The notes under the pieces: model-generated
Databases searched by the model: none
Told to the model about the DNA's origin: nothing
The model's input: the letters and a program-made list of their open reading frames with translations, nothing else
Shown here: in pieces, positions 51,901 through 61,104 of the stretch
Numbering within the stretch: the stretch's first letter is position 1
Layout of the letters: each line of letters begins with the position of its first letter
Source: Oikopleura dioica
Lineage: Eukaryota > Animalia > Chordata
Length of the DNA stretch: 64,000 nt
Direction of reading: 5' to 3'
NCBI GenBank assembly: GCA_907165135.1
Contig: OU015568.1
Span: forward strand, 12,028,001 to 12,092,000
Made by a program: the position numbers and the translations under genes

Positions 51901-53704
51901 CCCATATTAAAAGCTTTCTTTTTGCCTTTTTCGACTTTTCGCCTTCTTTCGCCTTTTCGCCTTGTTTTCGCCTTTTCGCCTAGAAATTTCAGAATTTTCG
52001 AATTTTTTCGCCTTTTCGCCTAAACTCGCCTTAGGCGAATTCGCCTAGCCTAGCCTAGCCTTGAATATTGAGCTAGAGCCTTCGCCTAGCCTTTTTTCGC
52101 CTTGAAGGCGAAAAATTCAGAAAACCTAGCCTAGCCTAGCCTTTTGATTTTTCGCTCCGATTTCGAACCCTGCTTTCAGCGGCAACTATATCTGCTACGA
52201 TCAGAACTTCCTTTCTTGGGATGATGAAGAAAACACTCAAATTGAGAACAAATATACGACTTGTAAAGAAACATGCTCAGAGGACAACTGCAATTCTGAA
52301 AAGGCAGTAATCAAGAGCGGCAATTACTGTCACGTGTGCAGAGTCGTCATTGATCATAATGGTGATGTCATTGGTACTGGCAGCACGGACTGTCTCTATC
52401 TTGATTCTGCTGTTGACTACGATGTTGTCGATTGTGGCGAAGAATCTTCTTGTGCTACTCATATGGAAATTGCATGGCTGCCATTTGGACAGCAAGAAGT
52501 TCTTGTCGAGAGAAAATGTGACGTTCCAAATGCGATCGACAATTTGTGCACTGAAAGAGTAACCAACGGGTGGCTCGAAAAGGACTGCTGGGAACACTGC
52601 TACGACGGTTAATAAGATTATTAATGCATTTTAGTTTAAAAATTATATAAGACATGTGCAATGACAACCTAAATATCGCTAAAAACTTCGCACCTGAAGA
52701 TGGAACCGAAGCAGTCACGGAATGCTACACCTGCTCGTACGAATCTATCGGAACCAATAATCCTCTTGATGATGAAATTGGCTGTCTTGAAAACCCGATC
52801 GAAGATTCCATTCAAAAGTGCCCCGAGTGGGCTCAGCTCGGTTGTTTTGTCGGAGATGGAGTGCAAAAGAACGTCGAAGGAGATGAGTCCGTCAATGTTC
52901 ATCGAGGCTGCTCTAGTTTTGTCCTTCAGGAGCAGCTATGTGGATCTCTCACTATTGACACGTATGTTTTGATGCAAAAAATTTTTTATAACTTTTCAGA
53001 AATGTGACTGAAGACGTTGACCGATCACGAATTTCCGTTTGCAAGCTAACCTGCACCGGTGCTGATGACTGTAACACCTTCCGATACCCAGACTGGGTCG
53101 ATCCGCCAAGCAATGAATGTCCTCCAGAACTCTGCGGAGAGACCACAACTCAGTCTACATCTACAGCGTCTTCTTCATCGAGTACAGAAAGCACACAAAG
53201 CTCTAGCACTGTCTCTAGCTCCACCATCAGTAGTTCAAGCACGCTCTCAACTGAAAGCTCGTCAAGCTCAAGTTCGTCTACTGTAACTAGCAGCACTGAA
53301 AGCTCAGCAGCCTCTACTGATATATCAAGCACAGTCACGAGCTCAACTAGCTCAGGTCATTTATCTATGAATTGAAGTTAGAATCCGGATTTTGACAGTT
53401 AAATATTTTGCTTCACCATTTTTATTTCCATTTTCCTTAATTCACGCGTGTGTATTTAGGCTCTTCGACCGAATCGAGCTCAACTGACACTTCAAGCACC
53501 GAATCTTCAAGTACTGAATCTTCTACACAGGAATCAACAACGAAAACTGATGGGGACGAACCCGAAGATAAAGAAGCGGACGTCGGGCTTATTCTCGGAG
53601 CAACTGCTCTTGCTGTCTCACTTACAGCTGTTGGCGGAGCCGGAGTTTATTTTATCTTCAAAAAATTCTCCAAACCCTCGAAAACCAGTCCAAATCACAT
53701 TTAA
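48949..53704 (+). CDS. Type I membrane protein with eight tandem Cys-rich three-finger (Ly6/uPAR)-like domains, S/T stalk, TM, short tail; exon interrupted by a transposon
   Basis: Signal MRLKFFAALLSVASA. Repeated CxxC...RGC/GCS...C..CN units in alternating A/B types. Poly-S/T region, TM VGLILGATALAVSLTAVGGAGVYFIF, then KKFSKP. Short introns at 50823-50865 and further downstream join in phase. Confidence 0.85.
50969..52172. mobile_element. hAT-type MITE, 15-bp TIR CAGGGTTCGAAATCG, 8-bp TSD CTTTCAGC
   Basis: TSD at 50961-50968 and 52173-52180. Many GGCGAA motifs on the left and TTCGCC motifs on the right. An 8-bp TSD with a CAGGG start is typical of hAT. Confidence 0.93.
51377..51645. mobile_element. 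Nested Mutator-like MITE, 9-bp TSD GTCCAAAAT
   Basis: GTCCAAAAT|GGGAAACGGTCGGACTCATTACCAA ... TTGGTAATGAGTCCGACCGTTCCC|GTCCAAAAT. Sits within a CCTGT-rich repeat (about 51315-51770) inside the hAT MITE. Confidence 0.88.
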
Positions 53705-53894
53705 ATAAATCTCCACTGATTTCTCTGCAATACTCTATCGATGATAAACAGTGTTCAAATTTTGACCATCATTAGATAAAAATGATGAAAAAGTTTATTA
53801 TGAAGTTAATCAGCGACTTTGAGTAGATCAGCCAAAATCTCGCCCAAGGTGTGAGGTTGTGTCTTAGCGCGCTAGAAGAAATTCATAAAGAGTG

Positions 53895-54559
53895 ATGAGT
53901 AAAGCTGTAGGAAAAACTTTCAGGCCTGGAGAGAAATCCGGTTCTTCTAAGGTTTGAGGTCTTTCTTAGCGAAAAAGAAAATATTTAACTAGGAGTCCAA
54001 GCTCGGGCCATGCCCAGCTGCGGACTGGTCGCAAAAAGTTGATTGGAAACAGTACTTAGATGGGCTAAGACAACATTGTTCTCAAATCACCGCTGGGGGA
54101 ATTTTTCTGATCAACGGAGATACTCTTGCAGTTGATAATATTCCAGGTGAGATGATTAAAAATAAGTTTCCTATAAGATTTGAAGATATTCCGACTTACA
54201 AAGAAATCAAAAAAGAAGTCGTCCCTCTTTTCAAAAACCCAGTTACTTTGGATCACAGGCCCGAGTTAACTCAATTACAGTATCTTATATAACAGGAACA
54301 GTAGCAGAAATAACTCGGACGGAGCGAATTCCACTTCTTCAATTTCAACAGCGTCAGATACCGGCTCGATCGAGTCGAGAAAAAGTCGATCTTGCGAGCT
54401 GAAACGGAAAACGAGGATATTCCAATGACAGTAATGAAGACTCCCAGAGGCGTCGTAGTTCTAGCGATCGGAAACGAGGACTCCCTCGACGACAGCGGCG
54501 AGAAAGTAGCAACTGCTGTGATCAGAATTACCAATTTCTTGGAAATGTGCGGCTACTAG
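53895..54559 (+). CDS. Divergent profilin-like protein (frame break near 54240-54320)
   Basis: VDWKQYLDGLRQHCSQITAGGIFLINGDTLA (profilin N-terminal helix and strand) and FNFNSVRYRLDRV..MTVMKTPRGVVVLAIG..VATAVIRITNFLEMCGY* (profilin C-terminus). Confidence 0.6.
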
Positions 54560-54615
54560 AAAACCAAAGAATAAAAAACTATCTGATTCCATTGAAAAAT
54601 TTATTCAGGCAGTAT

Positions 54616-55864
54616 TTACAGGTTTCTGGTAAGCGCAATGTAGTGCTCATTGTTGAGGTGACCGAGATTGATCGTTCGCCCTTGGCTACTGTCGAGTTCT
54701 TTCGGTTTCAAAAAGACGAGCTCATTATCTTTGTCCGAGTTGATGAGTAAAATTGGCCACCCGAGCAGTTCCGCGACGACTTGGATGATCACGTGGTCCG
54801 CCCATTCGCCGTCCTGGGCCATGGCCTGAATATCGTAATATCTGAATACGTAAGTGCCCACCTCGAGGTATTCATATGGATCTCGGTCTATGAAATTCAG
54901 ATACTGGCCGATATTTTTTCTCAGTTCTTCACAAGCATGTTTACGTAGGCTCTTGTGCGTCAATCCATTCTAAAAAAATAATTCAACCTTGTATAATAAT
55001 AATTCGTTATCAACTTGCCTTATTCACTTGCAAAGCGTTGAGAATATACACAACAGAGTGAAAAAAGCAATTGCCATCTGCTTCTACATCTTTCCAAACT
55101 TTGAAACCATGTTTTCGAATGTTTTCTTCGAATTGGAGGTGCATGCTCTTATCACCGCCATCTGCGATAGAAAATTTCAGTCCTTGATTTTTCAATTCTT
55201 TTGTCGCATTTCGGCGCAATTTTCGTTGTTTCTTCCAAGGTAACTTCGCTGGAGTCTTTATTTTAGCTCCAAACTTGTATTAAATAAAATATATGCTCGC
55301 TAGTTTTAGAAGCCGTGTCTTGTTTCTAAACTCGTCTATCAATTGACGTAAAGAGTGCTGGCAAATTTCTTCATCAAGCCAAAGGTTCTTGTAATCGTTC
55401 GCTAATTTGACTTGGTATTGAGTGCCCCCATCAATTCGCGTCCGAGAAGCAGTGATGCACTCTGCGTTCTTGAGATACTCTTCTGTAGTCTTGTTCTCTG
55501 AAAAATATATCAGAAAACTTTATTAGAAAATAATTTTAACGAGAGGAGTTTTATTTGATCCCGCATTGATTTTTATTAATGAAAAATCATATTTTTTAAC
55601 TATTGTTAGGTTAATAAATCAATTTATCTTAGTTAATGACATAAAACAAACGATTAGAGGCTCACGGTATAATAATCTTTCGAAAAATCGGGTGAACTGT
55701 TGATCATAATCGCGTGAAGTACGACTTCGTAAAGTGCGTTTGCGATGATGAACTGGACACCCTAGCGGTTTAGAAGACGCGCTGGTGGCCCCGGGCAGTT
55801 TTGTTTCCGTAGAGCTAGAATCATAGAAGTCGACTCCAGTCGCTGCGTTCAAGTTCCCCCTCAA
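54616..55864 (-). CDS. OTU-family cysteine protease/deubiquitinase with an upstream chromodomain-like segment
   Basis: DVEADGNCFFHSV, YLE/AMAQDGEWADH and LGHLNNEHY contain the OTU catalytic D, C and H. The upstream exon reads ITASRTRIDGGTQYQVKLANDYKNLWLDEEICQHSLRQLIDEFR. Start uncertain. Confidence 0.75.
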
Positions 55865-56226
55865 AAGCCACAGGAAAGAACTTTTTATTATTTAACAAAA
55901 GAAAAAGAAAATATTAGAGAAAATATTCACGAAAACTGAACACGTCAAGCTCTGAAAGATTGAAACGTTATATTTTATGTTTACACAAAATATTTTCAGA
56001 GATTAAAAATCAGTTCAACAATTCTCAACGACACCATAAATTCCCTTTTGACATCATAAAATTCTCAAAATGAGATGCTTCTTCCAGAATTCTGTTTGTG
56101 TCTTAGACTCTAAGACTCTTAAAGGGTGTCTCTAAGAATGGTTTTTCATAAATTAACTTTCTTATTACTCAAAATTTTTGATGCTTGATTCCGATCTCAA
56201 TATATTTTAAAATATAATTCAGAGGG

Positions 56227-57367
56227 ATGAAGCTGCTACTCACGTTGTTGCTTGGGCTCGCTCGGGCCCAAGAAGAAACTACTTTTGAGCCCACGACCCG
56301 CGCTTTCACCGTCGACTGGGATTTCGAAGAAGCAGCCACAGCCGTGCCAACGCAAGATCCCGAAGAGGTGGCTAGGATCATCGCGAAAGAGCTCGAAGCA
56401 GAAAACGACAATACGAAAGATGGTCGATCAGCCAACAAGGGCAAAAGAAACTTCCCCAGTCGAGGGCCTCCAAGTCGAGGACCTCCAGTTCGTGGACCGC
56501 CCGTTCGAGGTCCACCTCAGAGAGGCCCTCCAGCTGCCTTTGGCAGACGATTTTCAACTGCGGTGCCAACAGAGCCGCCAACCGAACAACCGACTACAAT
56601 TCTACAGACAACAACTTTCACCGCAGAAAAGCCACAGGAAATCAAAGAAGCTGGACAGTATCAAGCAGATGAGCGTCTACTGACCTCAAGTGGACTTGAC
56701 CGTTCCGGACCTCGTCGACTTGGAGTCGGGGGTCGTCCGATCTCGATTCCTGGCCGTGATTTCGGACCGATGCCCGTTGAACCTAAGCCTGTCGAGTCTA
56801 AACCTGTTGAGTCTAAGCCCGTTGAGTCTAAGCCTGTGGAGTCCAAGCCGGTCAAGTCCAAGCCCGTTTCTACCAAACCTGTTCAGTCGAATCGAGTAGT
56901 AGACAGAGGCTTGCAGTCTCCTAATCAGCTCATGGCTGAGAAACTCGGACTCACTCTCGGAGAAGAGCGACGATGCTGGATTTGCAATAACGCCAGGTCA
57001 ATGAACGACTGTCTTTCCAACGGAACCTACAATGTTTGCCGCAATCACGAGGTACGGTGAAAAAATGAAAAACACCACTAACTCGTTCAGTCGTGTCAAA
57101 CCGAAACTCGTTGGGAAAATGGACTGATCAAGATCAACTCACAATGCAAGCAGCGAAATGCTTGTACTGTTGCGACCAAGTAAGTTGCAAAAAATCTATT
57201 TTTTTATATAAAAAATCTTTTATAAAAGTTTCGTTTTTAAAAAATTTTTTCTTTTCAGGCAAACAAGCCAGTGTGACAAAATGAAGGGTAAGTCTGGACG
57301 AACGTGCTGGCGATGCTGCCACAATGATCTTTGCAACATCAACGACATTGATCCATCAACTTACTAA
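56227..57367 (+). CDS. Secreted Pro-rich protein with RGPP and KPVES repeats and a C-terminal three-finger-like domain (3 exons)
   Basis: Signal MKLLLTLLLGLARA, (RGPPx)5, (KPVES-like)7, then CWICNNA..C..C / CQTE..CK...C / C..C..CCHNDLCN. Confidence 0.8.
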
Positions 57368-58263
57368 CAAACGAACAAAAAACGAAACGAACGAAAAACC
57401 GACGAACTGAAGGACGAAAGGCTCCCCACCCTGTTCGTCCTGTCGGCTGTTCTAAACCTCTTTTTTCTGTCTCGCCTTTTTCGAAAATCCCCAAAGTTCG
57501 AAAAACACTTTTTTTTATCTGATGTGACTTTTGGTGTCGAATATTTTTGTGTAATAAAGGTGGATTCCAGTTGTTACTCGTCACGTGCTTTTGTAACGAG
57601 CTCTTTCTAAAAGGGACTCCTCGAGGGCAGTTAATCGCCCCGTGCTATTTCCGGAAGAATTCCAAAACCTGCTTCCAAAAGAGTCGACAAGTAGAGATCC
57701 GCGGGGATGTCATCTGGATCCAGCAGACTCACAACCACCTGGCAGTTTCTTGGATCTTTGAATCCGTTAACACCTTATTTTGAAATTGAGTCTCTTTATT
57801 TATATTTGATTGCTTACTGATTCTATTTCGCTGAACTTGTCGAATGATTTTTTGATGGTTTCTTCGCTGCGTTACACTTGGTCGCTCTGAAATTTCGCTT
57901 TTAGAAAAAATTTATAAAAAAAAATTCAGTACGTTTCTTTTTCTCTTTCTTTGGAATATTCATTGCCGCGATTTTCATCTCTCCGCTTGCTCGTTTTGCT
58001 GATTTCCTTTCTGGCACAATAAGAGCGAGCTAAAAGCTCAAAATCAAAAGCACATTAGGAAAAAGCAAGTTCTTACGATTTCATTTGCATCCATCATTTT
58101 CGAGGCGGATCAGCTTCGATTAAAAATTAAAGGCAAACGTAGATTCTGAAGGATGAGAGGATAGTTGTAGTTTTGGAATTAAAATTAATCCGTGATGAAT
58201 AATAAAGCGCCGAGGCTGCTTCTTCCATGATCACAAATGCATTAGACAGAGAGAGAGAGAGTG

Positions 58264-59201
58264 ATGAGCAAAGGTAGGTCTTGAGGAGAGTAAATGAAGT
58301 TTATGAGTTGTTTTTAGAGCAGTTGCATGCAGTTCTTACTGAGTTTCAGTGCAGAAGCGGACTTTTCTTGAGGAAAATTGAATAAAAAAATATAATTTTA
58401 GCTGTAAAAAATCTACTTTAGCCCTTTTGCCTGGGCTTGGCAACCCGTGTACAAAACCTGAGTCAGGTTTTCTACGTATATAGTTGCCGAGCTTTGGCAA
58501 GCGCTAGAATATATGACCACTATCTATTCAATTGAATCAAGCGTCGATGCGGAGTCTCAAGTAGGCGAGTTAGGGAAGAAAGTAAAAGCTTTCGAGAAAA
58601 ATGCCGACAAGGAGGAAAACGTTTCCAAATTCGAATGGGTCCTCCTCCCAGTTGGGCTAAGAGTTGTGGCGATTCGACACAATGCGACGAATCTCTACGT
58701 TGCGATGAATAGTTCGGGCCAGATTTATGCGACAGAACAGTTCGGAAAAGAGTGCAAGTTTAAAGAAAACGTGTTTGAAAACTACTGGTGCATTTACTCG
58801 TCGATAGAGTTCAAAGACCCAGAATCGAATGTAAGGAAAAATTGATAAAGATAGAAAATAAGGAGTCTCTTCAGAAACTTTACTATTTCGGGATGAACAA
58901 AAAAGGCAACCCTATTCGAGGAAAGGTTCTCTCTGAAATCTATGGATTCTGGATCTCTATCTTCCTCTGGACGCAATTCTAGAGAATCTCTGAAGGAAAA
59001 AAGAGCAAAAAAACAAAACCGTCGTGCCACTTCATTCCTCGGCCAAAGAAAAGTGAGTCGAAAAATGTTTTCTCTTCTCTTATTGGCCTTTTTTAAAAAC
59101 AAGTGGTGATGATGAAGGTGCCCTCGATCTGGGATTTCCCAGCTATCGGCGACGATAGCCACAAATCTGGCTTGGCGACTGGTCGGGCGAGCATCAGGTA
59201 A
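58264..59201 (+). CDS. Fgf11/12/13/14: Intracellular fibroblast growth factor, FGF11/12/13/14 (FHF) family, multi-exon
   Basis: Spliced product MSKEQLHAVLTEFQCRSGLFL..LLPVGLRVVAI..LYVAMNSSGQIY..ECKFKENVFENYWCIYSS..FGMNKKG..KKTKPSCHFIPRP..PSIWD, matching FHF hallmarks (PVGLRVVAI, ECKFKESVFENY, KTKPAAHFLP). No signal peptide. Confidence 0.9.
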
Positions 59202-59847
59202 AATGATGAGTGAATCATCTATCAGCATTTTCTTGTTTTTGAATTTGTTGATAAGAGCATTCGATTGATTCAATTGAAATGATGCTTTGTATTTTCGTTG
59301 TGTCGGAAAAAAACGAGCAATTTCGAAACAACTCAAGCTACAGTAAAATACAGTCACTTTTTTTGGAAAGTTAATTACGATCAACGGCGTGTAATAGAAT
59401 ACACAGCTCGTCTGTGACCGCCCGGTGATTAATCCGCCGGTGAATTTCCAAATCGGAAATTTTAATTTCCTAAAAGAACCTACCGAATTCTATTTTGGAA
59501 TAAACGGACTTTAGTCAATTTATTCTAGTGCTTTGAAACAAGAAAAGGCTGAGCCAAGGGCGATTGAAGGCACATCAGGAAATGATTATTATTACAGTTC
59601 ATTTGTACAGTAGAAATTGCCAAAACCGAATAGGCTATTTGAAATAGCTACTGTAAATTACAGTCTGTAATTATAAGCCTATTCCAGCGAGCGACATGGC
59701 ATGAAGATTTTCCGATGAGTACAGTGATCATCGATCTACAGTCAGACTGTTTCCAAAATAAATCTATTTTCGAAATCTTCGTAATTCCATCTTCTCCCCA
59801 TTTCCTTATTTTCCAAGAGCGCCCGTGTTGATTTCACCAGACGAGCG

Positions 59848-59854
59848 TATAAAA
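59848..59854 (+). promoter_or_regulatory. TATA box upstream of the small secreted-peptide gene
   Basis: TATAAAA in GC-flanked context, 83 nt upstream of the ATG at 59937. Confidence 0.6.
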
Positions 59855-59936
59855 GCGGCGAGGATGCTTTTTCGAATCCAGATTTCGGTCTCACAAAAAT
59901 CACAGAAGTCGCTTAGAGGATCTTCAGTAGGAAAGG

Positions 59937-60209
59937 ATGCTGCTTTCTTTGCTTGTTCTCTCTTGTGTCTCCTTCGCCGCCCCTGTTACAGTCGAAGAGC
60001 CTGAAGTAGAAATACTCAGTCGCAGCGGTCGAGACCTAATCGGCTACAATCGCATGCAGAACAACGTCAACAAGTTCTACTCCAGCCACGCCGGTTACCA
60101 CAAGCATGCTTACCGCCACCAGCCTTCGTTCGTCAACCAACTCTTGCACAAGGCTAAACCGGAGACGAAAAAATACCTGAAGCAGTACATCCGATCCTTG
60201 GCAAAGTAG
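59937..60209 (+). CDS. Intronless 90-aa prepropeptide (signal, acidic pro-piece, RSGR site, cationic His/Tyr-rich mature peptide)
   Basis: MLLSLLVLSCVSFA-APVTVEEPEVEILSRSGR-DLIGY..RSLAK*. C-ending codon bias, TATA upstream. Confidence 0.78.
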   Translation: MLLSLLVLSCVSFAAPVTVEEPEVEILSRSGRDLIGYNRMQNNVNKFYSSHAGYHKHAYRHQPSFVNQLLHKAKPETKKYLKQYIRSLAK

Positions 60210-60514
60210 ACCGATAAGAATCTCTTCTCTTTATCTCCCTTTGCATGAAATCAATCAACCGTGTTTAATAATTAATCTTTTAGTTAATAAGATTATTAAA
60301 AAAAGAGTAATTATTAATTGAAACAGTTAATTTATCTTCTTTGATAGTTTGCATGCAATGCTTATTTTCTCTGTTTACTGTTTATTCTTTGAGGATGCAC
60401 TTGCTTAAAACTATATTTAAAGCGCTACTATTTAAACTATTTATTATTCTGTGATAGGAATAAACTACTGAACTCTGAATGTTCGATCTTATGATTTCAA
60501 GAAAAACAAAAGAC

Positions 60515-60586
60515 GGGCTCAACCGGGATTTGAACCCGGGACCTCTCGCACCCAAAGCGAGAATCATACCCCTAGACCATTGAGCC
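60515..60586 (-). tRNA. trnP-TGG: tRNA-Pro (anticodon TGG)
   Basis: Reverse complement GGCTCAATGGTCTAGGGGTATGATTCTCGCTTTGGGTGCGAGAGGTCCCGGGTTCAAATCCCGGTTGAGCCC; anticodon arm CTCGC-TTTGGGT-GCGAG. Confidence 0.95.
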
Positions 60587-60658
60587 GTTGGGAAGCGATC
60601 CGAGAAAAATGATTATATATATAATTGATTTAAAAGTCTAATAAATTCCAGTTTGCAG

Positions 60659-60880
60659 CAGGGCTGTTGATTTCGAGTCCTTTAAAATTACCCGCAATTT
60701 TTCTCCGGGTAACCCGCAGATTTTTCAACGGGTTACTCGCGCGGAGAGTCTTTTCGCGGGCTACCCCCGCTACGATTTTTCTCCTTGCCGCCGAGTAGCT
60801 CACGATCATCCGCTACCCTTTTACCCGTTTCTACTCGCGCGGCGGGTTACTCGAAATTACCCGTACACCTTTTTTCCTCA
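60659..60880. repeat. TTACCCG/CGGGTAA-rich repeat beginning CAGGGCTG, probable hAT MITE fragment
   Basis: Repeated TTACCCG/TTACTCG motifs in both orientations. No matching right TIR found. Confidence 0.4.
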
Positions 60881-61104
60881 CGTTAAGCGACAAACTGAAA
60901 TCCATTTTCAAATTTCAAGTTCAAAATTTTCGAAAATTTTCGATTTTTTTATCTTTGCAAAATTAAGCCTAGAAGACCATTTTATAAGCCCAAAAATAAT
61001 TTTTTCGATTCAAAAAAAATCAAAGTAAGATAATTAATCCCCAAAATTTGGGGCCCAAATAAAAAAATCAATTTTAGAAATGTAAAAACCATAATTCAGC
61101 GAAA

